From assembly GCA_038212275.1 (NCBI GenBank), contig JBBQUR010000005.1, positions 160,001 to 224,000 on the forward strand: a stretch of DNA of 64,000 nucleotides. The letters are read 5' to 3'. How positions within the stretch are numbered: position 1 is the stretch's first letter; every line of letters starts with the position of its first letter. A program made the translations under genes and the position numbers. The notes below the pieces were generated by a model. That model searched no databases. It had not been told where the DNA came from and saw only the letters and a program-made list of their open reading frames with translations. Below are positions 28,957 to 39,175 of the stretch, one piece after another. The DNA comes from Planctomycetota bacterium (GTDB lineage Bacteria > Planctomycetota > B15-G4).

Positions 28957-29849
28957 GTCACCGCATGCCGCAACTCGTCGCCGCGCTGCTGCTGCTGGCC
29001 TCGTCGGCGTGGCTGGCGCACGCGGCGCCGTCGCTCGGCCCGTCGCGCGGCGACGCGCACCCGTCCGGCGGGGAGACACGCGCCGTGGGCGACGCCGCGC
29101 GTGACGAGGAGCCGCTGGCCCGCGCACTGCAGCCGCTCGGGCCGGTGCGCGCGCTCATCAGCTCGGCGCTGTGGGTCCGACTGCTGCACGACCAGATGTC
29201 CGGCGACTCCGACGAGGCCGCCGCGCTGGCGCGCGCGCTGCTCACGCTGCACCCGGCGCTGAGCACGGTGCGCGAATACCTCGCCGGTCAGCTGCTCGTC
29301 ACGGAGGCGCCGCGGGCGCCTGACCGGGCGCGCCACGATGCGCTCGTGGCGACGGGGCTCACGCTGTTCGAGGAAGGGCTGCTGCTGCCCGGCGGCGAGA
29401 GACTTCACGCCCCGTTCGGCCGCACGCTCGCCGTGCAGACCATGGTGGACGGCCTCTTCGCGCCCGCTGCCGAGCGGGTGCTGGGCGAGATGCCGGAGGA
29501 GCGCGCGTTGCGGGAACTGCTGGCCAGCGGTCCGCAGGGCTTCGATCGCTGGCTGGCCGCCAACCTGGCCCTCGAGCGCGGGCTGCTCGCCTGGCAACTC
29601 GACGGCGACCGCGCGGCGGCGTCGCGCGATCTGGAGCTCGCGCGCTCGCTGCTGCCCCGCTCGGACGCGGACGCGGTCGCGTCGGGTGCCGCGTCGCCCG
29701 GGGCCGACGCAGATGAGATCATGGAGCGCGCCGCTGCACTGCTTGCGCCGTTGCAGGAGGCGCTTCAGTCCGGCCAGCGACCGTCGCGACAGTCACCATC
29801 CGATCAGCCACCCTCCGATCAGCCAGCTGGCGAGCTGCCCCCGCGATGA
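28953..29849 (+). CDS. hypothetical exported or membrane-anchored helical protein
   Basis: Signal-like N-terminus and GTGA coupling; LGPVRALISSALWVRL segment; SDQP-repeat tail. Confidence 0.6.
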   Translation: MSHRMPQLVAALLLLASSAWLAHAAPSLGPSRGDAHPSGGETRAVGDAARDEEPLARALQPLGPVRALISSALWVRLLHDQMSGDSDEAAALARALLTLHPALSTVREYLAGQLLVTEAPRAPDRARHDALVATGLTLFEEGLLLPGGERLHAPFGRTLAVQTMVDGLFAPAAERVLGEMPEERALRELLASGPQGFDRWLAANLALERGLLAWQLDGDRAAASRDLELARSLLPRSDADAVASGAASPGADADEIMERAAALLAPLQEALQSGQRPSRQSPSDQPPSDQPAGELPPR

Positions 29850-29856
29850 CCCCACG

Positions 29857-31674
29857 ATGACAAGCCGCCTGCTGCTCCTCGCCATCCTGCTGGGCGTGCT
29901 CGCCCGGATCGTCGTCGCCACGCAGCACGTCCATCCCCGCGGGGATGTGCTGCTCGATGCGGGCGTCGCGGCGAGCCTTGCACAGGGGAGTGGTTTCCAT
30001 GCCGGCTTCGAGCGCGGCACGTCGCTGGTCGAGGGCGACGGCCCCGTGCCGCAGCAGGACCTGGCGGACCAGCACCCGCCGCTCTGGCCGCTGCTGGGCG
30101 CGGCCGCCAGCGTGGTGACCGGCTCGGCCTTCAGCGGGCTGAAGCTGATGTCGCTGCTGTGCGGTCTCCTCGTGCTGGTGCTCGTGTGGCGGCAGGCGGA
30201 TCGGCTCACCGAGGGCATCAACGGCGCGCCGGACGGTCTGCCCGCGCTGGCCTGCGCGCTCGTCGCGTGGTCCTTCGTGGCCATCGATGCCAGCGGCAAC
30301 GGTTCGCTCTACGCCGCGCAGGCCTGCGTCGTGCTGCTGCTCATGGAGTTTCTGGCGGCGGAGAAGCCGAGCGCGCTGCGCCTCGGACTGCTGCTCGGCG
30401 CGGCGTGGTTGCTCAACTACCAGGCGCTCGTGCTGCTGCCGGTGCCGCTGGCCGTGCTGCTGCTGGCGCCGCCGGGCGGCTCACGCGGCCGCGCCCTGCT
30501 CACCGGTTGCGGCGCGCTGGCCGTCGCGGCGGCCGTGCAGCTGCCGTGGTGGTGGCGCAACGTGCAGGAGTTCGGCTCGCCCTTCCACAGCATGAATGCG
30601 CTGTACGTGCTGAGCGCTGCAGGCGTGCAACCTCTGGCCGGCGTCGTGGACGGTGTGCCCGTCGCGCGCTTTCCCGACATGTCGCTGCTGCAGGCCATGT
30701 GGCGCGGTGCCGGCGGCTGGGTGCCTGGCAACGTGCTCTACGTGTTCGGCAGCGGCCTGCTGCTCTGGCCCGGGCTGTTCGGCCTGACGCTGGCGGGCCT
30801 GCCGCTGCTCGCGCTGGGTGGCGTGCGCCGCGCCGACCGCCGGCTGCTCACCGCGATGCTCTGCCTGGGCGCGTTGCTCGCGATCGCGCTTGCGTGGCCG
30901 GGCATGAAGCTGCGCTACCTCGTGGCCTGCACGCCGCTCGTCGTGCTGCTCGGCGTGCGCATGCTGGCCGTCGTGCCGACGCGCGCTGAGCGCTGGCTGG
31001 CGCTGCTGGCCGTGCTGGGCTGGGTGGCGCTGCTGCTCGGCACGCTGGGCGACCTGACCGGCAGCGAATCGGCGCCGCGCCCGGAGCGCTGGAAACTCAT
31101 GGCGGGCGGCGGCGCGGTCTTCCTGGTGCTGCCGCTGCTGCTGCGGCACACGCAGCTGGCGGGCCGGGGCCTGAGAGTCGCACTCTGCAGCGGCGTGCTC
31201 GCGATGCCGGCGCTGGCCGTGCTGTCCCTGTGGCCGTGGCCGCACACCGCGTATCACTCGGCGGTGCTGGTGCCCGACGTGTACGGCCAGCAGAAGGAAC
31301 AAGTCGATGCCCGCGCGGCGGCGACGGCCGCGGCGGCTCGGCCGGCACTGGTCGAAGCCGTCCGGACGATGCGCGAGGGCGGACAAAGCGATGCCGCGCT
31401 GGCCGGGCCGCTCGAGCTGCTGGCCTTCGGCGAGCTGCCGCTTGTCAGCCTGCCCTTCGGCGCGGGCAGCACGATCGGTGACGAGGCGCTGGCCGCGCTC
31501 ATCGATGCCGGACGCGTCCGTGCGGTCTTCACGTTTTCGCGCCAGGGCTGGCCCGAGGGACTGCAGGTCGGCGAGACCTGGCTGTCGGGACGCCTGCTCG
31601 TCACGGGGACGTGGGCGCCGAAGGACGACCCGCCCGGCATGACGGGCGCCATGCTGTCGGTGGTCGCACGCTGA
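29857..31674 (+). CDS. GT-C superfamily (ArnT/PMT-like) membrane glycosyltransferase
   Basis: Multi-TM; GD in the first loop, HPPLWPLL, PWWWRNVQEFGSP and RYL motifs. Confidence 0.65.
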   Translation: MTSRLLLLAILLGVLARIVVATQHVHPRGDVLLDAGVAASLAQGSGFHAGFERGTSLVEGDGPVPQQDLADQHPPLWPLLGAAASVVTGSAFSGLKLMSLLCGLLVLVLVWRQADRLTEGINGAPDGLPALACALVAWSFVAIDASGNGSLYAAQACVVLLLMEFLAAEKPSALRLGLLLGAAWLLNYQALVLLPVPLAVLLLAPPGGSRGRALLTGCGALAVAAAVQLPWWWRNVQEFGSPFHSMNALYVLSAAGVQPLAGVVDGVPVARFPDMSLLQAMWRGAGGWVPGNVLYVFGSGLLLWPGLFGLTLAGLPLLALGGVRRADRRLLTAMLCLGALLAIALAWPGMKLRYLVACTPLVVLLGVRMLAVVPTRAERWLALLAVLGWVALLLGTLGDLTGSESAPRPERWKLMAGGGAVFLVLPLLLRHTQLAGRGLRVALCSGVLAMPALAVLSLWPWPHTAYHSAVLVPDVYGQQKEQVDARAAATAAAARPALVEAVRTMREGGQSDAALAGPLELLAFGELPLVSLPFGAGSTIGDEALAALIDAGRVRAVFTFSRQGWPEGLQVGETWLSGRLLVTGTWAPKDDPPGMTGAMLSVVAR

Positions 31675-33779
31675 TGATGCCGCTCCTGCTGGCGTGGTTG
31701 GTGCTGGTGCCGCTGCTGCCGCTGTTGCCCATCGACACCAACCTGGCGTGGTATCTGCACCTGGCGCTCGTGGCCGGGCTCAGCGCGGTCGCTCTGTGGC
31801 GGCTGCTGGCCGCCCGCGCACCCGGGGCGGCTGCGACGCACGGAGCGCAGCCGCTCGCGGCGGCGTTCGGCCCGCTGCGCCTGGGATTGCCCGGGGTCAG
31901 CATTGGTCTTGCCGTGCTCTCGCTGGGACTGGCGATCGGCTTCGCGCGACGCGAGGCACCGGTGCAGGAGATGCTCGTCGCGGCTCTGACCGGGATCGCG
32001 CACGCGGCCTTCTTCCTGCTGTGCCTCGGCCTGCTGCCCGATGCGGACGCCGATCCGGCGAGCGTGCGCCGCACGCGCCTGTGGCTGGCGACCGCGCTCG
32101 GGCTGCTGCTCGCCGGGCAGTTGGTGGCAGTCCTGCTCGAGGGGCAGCTCTTCGATCCGCTGCATCGGCCCGACGGCACGCTCGGCAACCCGAACGTGCT
32201 GGGCACCTTGATCGGCGCCACGATGCTGGCGCTCATCGGCCTGCTCGCGTTGCGCGGGGCGCGCCTGCTCTTTCTGCTGCCGCTACTGCCCTTTCTGCTC
32301 TTGTCCCGGTCGCGTGGCGCCGTGGCGGCCACCGGCCTGACGCTGCTGTTGCTCGCGGTGCACTGGAGATTGCGCGCGCTGCTCGTCGCGCTGGGGGTGC
32401 TCGTGGTGCTGGTGGTGATCGTGCCGAACCCGCTGCGCGAGCGGGTGGCGAACCTGGAATCGGAGCACGACTTCTCCCGGCCGTTCCTCTGGCAGAGCGC
32501 CATCGAGCGCAGCGCGGAGCGGCCGCTGGGCATCGGCCCGGGCATGAATCGCTATGAATTTCTCGCGCACGCCTTCGACGCGGAGCACCCGTGGCTGCTG
32601 CATCAGCGGCGCGGCATCGGACTGACGCACAACGTGTTCACCACGCTCTGGCTGGAATGGGGCTGGCTGGCGGGCGCTTCGCTGCTGGTGCTCACCGTCT
32701 TCGTGGCGCGACGCCTGCTGCGCACCCGGCTGCGCGATGACGACCCGCTGGCCCTGGGCTCGGCGCTTGGCGCCTGCGTGCTCTTCCTCGAGTTGCAGGT
32801 GGACGGCATCGAGCAGAACCCCGTCGCCTTCTCGGTCTTCCTGCTGCTGCTGGCGGCGGCGTTCACGCGGATGCGGCATCGCGGACAGGAGCGCGGCATG
32901 GCGCTGCCGCGGCCGCTGGCGGCAGCCGGTCTGCTGGCGATCGGGCTCACGCTCGTGGCGGGGGCCGGCTGGCGCGCGGTGGAGGTCTCGCGGCTGCGCG
33001 ATGCGCAGGCTCTCGTGGCGGAGTTCGAGGTAGCCCATGCCCCGGCGGGAGCCGGCGACGGCAAGGCCGCTGCACCCGCGAGCGCGGGCGGGGGGCCCGC
33101 GGTCGAGACGGTCCGGGAGGCGCTGAATGCGGCCGAGCGCGTGCTGCCCCGCGACGCGGACAGCTCGCTGGCGCGCTTCCTCTTCGAGCGCAATCGCGTG
33201 CTGCGGCTGGCCGACCAGCAGCTGGCCGATGCCGCGATGCGCAAGCAGCGCGATGCGGTGATCGCGGACGCCACGGCCCAGGCCTTTGCAGCGCTCGCGC
33301 GGGCGCGCAACGCCGACGGCCTGGACCCGGAGCTGCCCGAGCTGGGCGCGCAGTTCGCCTTGCAGCGCTTCTACAAGCTGGGCCGGGCGCCCGACGACCT
33401 GGCGACGTATCTGCAGCTCAAGCAGGCCGCGCTGGCCCTCGATCCCCTGGATGTCGACGGGCGCTGGGACCTCGCCCAGGAGGCTCAGCGAAATCACCAG
33501 GTCGCTCTGGCGGAGAGGGAGCAGGCGGCGGTCTTCGCGCTGGAGCCCGACTACGCCCACGTCTGGTACGTCCTGGCCCGGCTGGCCCAGGCGGGCGGAG
33601 ACCGGGAGCGCAGCCTGTACTGCTATGTCCGGGCGGCCGAGGCGGTGCTGAACTGCCAGATCAAGGTCCGGATCGCCAACCCGGCCAGCCAGGTCTTCTT
33701 TCAGCGCAATCTGGATCAGGTGGACCTGGTCGAGGTGTGGAAGCGGGTCTGGGACCTGCGGCGGGAACTGTACTTCTAG
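31674..33779 (+). CDS. O-antigen ligase-like (Wzy_C) protein with C-terminal TPR-like region
   Basis: GTLGNPNVLG, SRSRGA, PLGIGPG and THN...WLEWG motifs; helical C-terminus. Confidence 0.82.
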   Translation: MMPLLLAWLVLVPLLPLLPIDTNLAWYLHLALVAGLSAVALWRLLAARAPGAAATHGAQPLAAAFGPLRLGLPGVSIGLAVLSLGLAIGFARREAPVQEMLVAALTGIAHAAFFLLCLGLLPDADADPASVRRTRLWLATALGLLLAGQLVAVLLEGQLFDPLHRPDGTLGNPNVLGTLIGATMLALIGLLALRGARLLFLLPLLPFLLLSRSRGAVAATGLTLLLLAVHWRLRALLVALGVLVVLVVIVPNPLRERVANLESEHDFSRPFLWQSAIERSAERPLGIGPGMNRYEFLAHAFDAEHPWLLHQRRGIGLTHNVFTTLWLEWGWLAGASLLVLTVFVARRLLRTRLRDDDPLALGSALGACVLFLELQVDGIEQNPVAFSVFLLLLAAAFTRMRHRGQERGMALPRPLAAAGLLAIGLTLVAGAGWRAVEVSRLRDAQALVAEFEVAHAPAGAGDGKAAAPASAGGGPAVETVREALNAAERVLPRDADSSLARFLFERNRVLRLADQQLADAAMRKQRDAVIADATAQAFAALARARNADGLDPELPELGAQFALQRFYKLGRAPDDLATYLQLKQAALALDPLDVDGRWDLAQEAQRNHQVALAEREQAAVFALEPDYAHVWYVLARLAQAGGDRERSLYCYVRAAEAVLNCQIKVRIANPASQVFFQRNLDQVDLVEVWKRVWDLRRELYF

Positions 33780-33808
33780 GGGGGGTGCCCGTATCCTCTC
33801 CCCCTTTT
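33778..33808 (+). terminator. possible intrinsic terminator after the O-antigen-ligase-like gene
   Basis: AGGGGGGG...CTCCCCCT stem (one G-U) followed by a short T run; weak. Confidence 0.3.
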
Positions 33809-33851
33809 GCCAGCCCCTTTCAGTTCCTGAACCCGCGGGACCCCACCGTTC

Positions 33852-35903
33852 ATGGACAGCCTCCTCACCGAGCAGACGTCGCTCTACGCGGCACTCGCCG
33901 CGCTGCTCTTCGCCTTCCTGCTCTCGGCCAAGATCGCCAGGCTTCCGGCCGGCGACGAGAAGATGCAGAAGATCGCCCTCGCGATCCGTACCGGCGCCAA
34001 GGCCTTCCTGACCACCGAGTACAAGGTCATCGCGGCCTTCGTCGCGGTCATCGCGACGGCGCTGTACTTCCTGGGGGCCCCGGACGACGCGGGGAGGACT
34101 CCGATCTGCTTCGTCGCCGGCGCCTTCTGCTCGGCGCTCGCGGGCTGGCTGGGCATGAACACCGCGACGCACGCCAACGTGCGCACGACCGCCGCGGCGC
34201 GGACCAGCCTCAAGGACGCGCTCGACGTGGCCTTCAGCTCAGGCATGGTCATGGGTCTATGCGTCGTCGGCCTCGGGCTCGGCGGCGTGACCGTGCTCTA
34301 TCTCGTCTATCACGATCCGCGGCCGCTCTTCGGTTTCGGCTTCGGCGCGTCCTCGATCGCGCTCTTCGCGCGCGTCGGCGGCGGTATCTTCACCAAGGCG
34401 GCTGACGTCGGCGCGGACCTGGTCGGCAAGGTCGAGGCGGGCATCCCCGAGGACGACCCGCGCAACCCGGCCGTCGTGGCCGACAACGTGGGCGACAACG
34501 TCGGCGACGTGGCGGGCATGGGCGCGGACCTCTTCGAGTCCTACGTGGGCTCGATCGTCGCCACCATGGCCATCGGCGCGGTGATCGTCTCCAAGTCGCC
34601 GGGGCTCAACTCGGACATCGTGCTGCTGCCGCTCTACCTGTCGGCCTTCGGCATCGTCGGTTCGCTCGTCGGGCGCTTCTTCGTGAAGACCAATGACGAG
34701 GGCAAGCTCAACTCGGCGCTGTTCCGCGGCCTCGTCGTGGCCTCCATCGTGTTCATCGGGCTGGCCTGGTTCTTCATGCAGAAGCTGTCGCTGAGCTTCA
34801 CGAACCTCGCCGGCAAGAGCGTCGACGGCATGGACATCTTCTGGTCCGTGGTGACCGGCCTGGCGCTCGGCGTCACGGTGGGCAAGATCACGGAGTACTA
34901 CACGTCCGAGAAGGGCAAGCCGGTCCGCAAGATCGCGGAGCAGAGCCAGACGGGCGCGGCCACGAACCTGATCGCCGGACTCGCGACGGGCATGACCAGC
35001 ACGTGGGCGCCGGTGTGCCTCATCGCGCTCGCGGTCGTGCTCGCCTACAACTTCGCGGGCCTCTACGGCATCTCGATCGCCGCGGTCGGCATGCTCTCCA
35101 CCCTGGGCATCTCGCTGGGTGTCGACGCGTACGGCCCCGTGGCCGACAACGCGGGCGGCATCGCCGAGATGAGCCACTGCCCGCCGGACGTGCGCAAGCG
35201 CACGGACAGCCTGGACGCGGCCGGAAACACGACGGCCGCCATCGGCAAGGGCTTCGCCATCGGTTCGGCCGCGCTCACCGCGCTGGCTCTCTTCCAGGGC
35301 TACGCCACGCAGGTCGGCGTGCTGCGCGGCGAGCCGCTCTCGCTGGATCTCACGCGTCCGGACGTCATCGCCGGCGCGCTCATCGGCGCGATGCTGCCCT
35401 TCCTCTTCAGCTCCATGTGCATGACGGCGGTCGGACGCGCGGCGTTCAAGATCGTCGAAGAGGTGCGCCGCCAGTTCAAGACCATCAAGGGCCTCATGGA
35501 AGGCACGGCGGAGCCGGACACGGCACGTTGCGTGGCCATCGCGACGCAGTCCGCCATCCGCGAGATGATCGTGCCGGGCCTGCTCGCCGTCGCCATTCCG
35601 GTGGCTGTCGGTGCGCTGTGGTCGGCCGAGGCGCTGGGCGGCCTGCTCGCCGGCGCGACGCTCTCCGGCGTCATGATGGCCATCTTCATGGCCAACGCCG
35701 GCGGTGCGTGGGACAACGCCAAGAAGCACATCGAGGCGGGCGCGTACGGCGGCAAGGGCAGCGCGACGCACAAGGCGGCCGTCGTGGGCGACACCGTCGG
35801 CGATCCCTTCAAGGACACGGCCGGCCCCGCGATGAACATCCTCATCAAGCTCATGTGCATCGTGGCCGTCGTCGCTGCGCCGATCATCTTTGGCAAGCAC
35901 TAA
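33852..35903 (+). CDS. hppA: membrane-bound pyrophosphatase, K+-dependent, probably Na+-translocating
   Basis: [52 protein letters not shown] (Ala indicates the K+-dependent type) and [11 protein letters not shown] motifs. Confidence 0.96.
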   Translation: MDSLLTEQTSLYAALAALLFAFLLSAKIARLPAGDEKMQKIALAIRTGAKAFLTTEYKVIAAFVAVIATALYFLGAPDDAGRTPICFVAGAFCSALAGWLGMNTATHANVRTTAAARTSLKDALDVAFSSGMVMGLCVVGLGLGGVTVLYLVYHDPRPLFGFGFGASSIALFARVGGGIFTKAADVGADLVGKVEAGIPEDDPRNPAVVADNVGDNVGDVAGMGADLFESYVGSIVATMAIGAVIVSKSPGLNSDIVLLPLYLSAFGIVGSLVGRFFVKTNDEGKLNSALFRGLVVASIVFIGLAWFFMQKLSLSFTNLAGKSVDGMDIFWSVVTGLALGVTVGKITEYYTSEKGKPVRKIAEQSQTGAATNLIAGLATGMTSTWAPVCLIALAVVLAYNFAGLYGISIAAVGMLSTLGISLGVDAYGPVADNAGGIAEMSHCPPDVRKRTDSLDAAGNTTAAIGKGFAIGSAALTALALFQGYATQVGVLRGEPLSLDLTRPDVIAGALIGAMLPFLFSSMCMTAVGRAAFKIVEEVRRQFKTIKGLMEGTAEPDTARCVAIATQSAIREMIVPGLLAVAIPVAVGALWSAEALGGLLAGATLSGVMMAIFMANAGGAWDNAKKHIEAGAYGGKGSATHKAAVVGDTVGDPFKDTAGPAMNILIKLMCIVAVVAAPIIFGKH

Positions 35904-36515
35904 GCGCTCGTCGGCAGGCGGCAGCAAGGGGCCCGCGGGCGGCGCAGCACCGGCACGTCCCGATGTGGACCGCGAGCAGGGGCAGCTCTGCGCACGCGTG
36001 GCGCTGGACCGTCAGGCCCGTGAAGTGCGCCTGCTCTTCGTCGGCGAGCTGCTGGGCATCGCCGAGTATTTCGTGCTGGCGACGGTGCACAACCGGCGGC
36101 AGGCGCGCGCCATCCGCGACGCCACGCGCGAGGCGCTGAAGGCCGCAGGCTACGGCCCGCCGATGGCCAGCAGCGAGGATCCGGACGGACGCTGGTCGCT
36201 CTACGACTGGGGCGTCGTGGTGCTGCACCTCTTCGATGACGAGGGCCGCCGGCACTTCGACCTCGACGGCCTGTGGGCCGGCGCGGAGGAGGTCCCGTTC
36301 AAGGACTCACCGTCAGGCGCGACAGCCGAGAGCAAGGCGCACCACGCTCCCGCGGAAGCCGCCGAATCCGCGGAGGCCGCTGAGCCTGAGTCGCCTGCAG
36401 CCTCCGCAGCTCCCGCACGAGGCGCGAAGGCCGCGAAGGCCGCGAAATCGATCAAGGCCGTGAAGCCGAAGCCCGCGCGGGCGCCGCGCACAAAGCCCGG
36501 ACGCGGCCACTCGCG

Positions 36516-36519
<4 letters not shown>
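35890..36519 (+). CDS. rsfS: ribosome silencing factor with Ala/Lys/Pro-rich tail
   Basis: IAEYFVLAT...[20 protein letters not shown] and [10 protein letters not shown] match Iojap/RsfS. Start is uncertain. Confidence 0.8.
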
Positions 36520-37367
<848 letters not shown>

Positions 37368-37443
37368 GGGACGGCGGTCGGGCGGTCGGGCGGCCCGCGG
37401 CTCCGGCTTCATGCCGCCCGCCCGTGCGGACGAAAAGGGCAGC

Positions 37444-39156
37444 ATGGATCCCGACGCGAGCATCGCCTGGCACGAGTGGAGCGATGAACTGCTCGCCGTG
37501 GCGCGCGAGGAGCGCCGGCCGGTGCTGCTCTCGCTGGTGGCGGGCTGGGGCCGCTTCTGCCGCGCGATGGACGAGACCACGTGGGCCGACCCGGCCGTGA
37601 TCGCCGCCGTGACGGAGCATGCGCTCGCGGTGCGCGTGGACAAGGACGCGCGCCCCGACATCGAGGCGCGCTACGGCCAGGGAGGCTGGCCCGGCACCGT
37701 GATCCTCGGCCCCGAGGGCGAGGTGCTCGCGGGCGGCACCTTCTTCGATGCGCCGACCCTCGTCGCGCTGCTGGGCGATGCCGCGCGCCGCCTGCGCACC
37801 GAGGGCCCCGGCTGGGAGCCCTCGCGCGTGCCGCCGCGGCAGCCGAGCGGCCGGCTGGACGACACGATCCTGCCCGCCATCGAGCAATCGCTGCTGCAGC
37901 ACTTCGACAGCCGGCACGGCGGCTTCGGCACCGGCCAGAAATTCCCGCACCCGGAGGCGCTGGACTTCGCGCTGCTGCGCCAGGCCGAGCACGGCAGCCC
38001 GCGTTTGCGCGAGGTCATCGAGAAGACGCTCTCGCACATGGCCGAGGGCGGCCTGGCCGACCCGGTGGACGGCGGCTTCTTCCGCTTCTGCGCCAGTCGC
38101 GACTGGCGCTCGCCGCACACCGAGAAGCTGCTCGAGGCGAATGCCGGCCTGGCCCGCAACTACCTCGAGGCCGGCCAGCTCATGCAGCGCAGCGACTTCC
38201 TCGAGCAGGGGGCGCGCACGACCGAGGCGCTGCTCGCGCTCTTCCTCGACCGCGACGCCGGACTCTTCCACGCCAGCCTCGATGCCGACGACGAGTACTA
38301 CGCGCAGGACGCCGCGGGACGGCGGACGCGCGCCGCGCCCCTGCGCGACGGGCGTTTCCTCGCCGATGCCAACGCGCGTGCGATCTCCGCGCTGCTCAAG
38401 GCCGGCGCCGTGCTGCGCCGGCCGGAGTTCACGCAGGCCGCGCTGGCCGTCTCGTCCGCCCTGCTGGAGCGTCTCTGGCGGCCGGGGCGCGGCATGTTGC
38501 ACGGAGACGACGGCGCCGGCCGACGCCTCCCCGGCCTGCTGCGCGATCAGGCCGAGACCGCCCGCGCGCTGCTGCACCTGCTGCAGTACACGGATGACCG
38601 GCGCATGCTGCCCGCGCTGCAGGACCTGCTGCAGGCGATTGCCGGCGAACTCGCGAACGCGTCGGCGGGGGCCGGCTCGGGGAGGGCGGCCGCGCCGCGC
38701 GAGGCCGACATCCTCGATGGCGCGGTGGCCGCCGAGGCGCTGCTGCGTGGCGCGCTCTGCTTCGGCCGCCCGGCGTGGGAGCAGCTCGCGCGCGAGGCGC
38801 TGTCGCGCCACACGGGCGACTTCCGCCGCTCCGGCTACGCGATGGCGGCCTGGGGGCGCAGCGTGGAGCTGGTGCTGCACCCGCCGCTGCACATCCTCGT
38901 GCTGGGCCGCGACGACGACCCGGCCACGCTGGCGCTGTTCCGCGCAGCCAACGGCACCTACCTGCCGAGCCGCGTCGTGCAGCGCCTCGACCCGGTGGCG
39001 GACGCAGAGCAGGTGGCGCGCTTCGAACTGCCCGTGCGCGACGAGGCCGTCGCCTACGTCTGCCTCGCGCACGACTGCGCGGCGGAACATCGCGACCCCG
39101 CGACGCTGTGGGCCGCGCTTGCGGCCGCCAACGCGCGGCGCCTGCAGCAGGGTTGA
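37444..39156 (+). CDS. YyaL/DUF255 thioredoxin-domain plus alpha/alpha-barrel protein
   Basis: IAWHEW, VRVDKDARPDI, GGWP, GGFG..KFP, DPVDGGFFRF and PHTEKLL motifs. Confidence 0.88.
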   Translation: MDPDASIAWHEWSDELLAVAREERRPVLLSLVAGWGRFCRAMDETTWADPAVIAAVTEHALAVRVDKDARPDIEARYGQGGWPGTVILGPEGEVLAGGTFFDAPTLVALLGDAARRLRTEGPGWEPSRVPPRQPSGRLDDTILPAIEQSLLQHFDSRHGGFGTGQKFPHPEALDFALLRQAEHGSPRLREVIEKTLSHMAEGGLADPVDGGFFRFCASRDWRSPHTEKLLEANAGLARNYLEAGQLMQRSDFLEQGARTTEALLALFLDRDAGLFHASLDADDEYYAQDAAGRRTRAAPLRDGRFLADANARAISALLKAGAVLRRPEFTQAALAVSSALLERLWRPGRGMLHGDDGAGRRLPGLLRDQAETARALLHLLQYTDDRRMLPALQDLLQAIAGELANASAGAGSGRAAAPREADILDGAVAAEALLRGALCFGRPAWEQLAREALSRHTGDFRRSGYAMAAWGRSVELVLHPPLHILVLGRDDDPATLALFRAANGTYLPSRVVQRLDPVADAEQVARFELPVRDEAVAYVCLAHDCAAEHRDPATLWAALAAANARRLQQG

Positions 39157-39175
39157 GCGGGCAGCCGCCCTCCGG

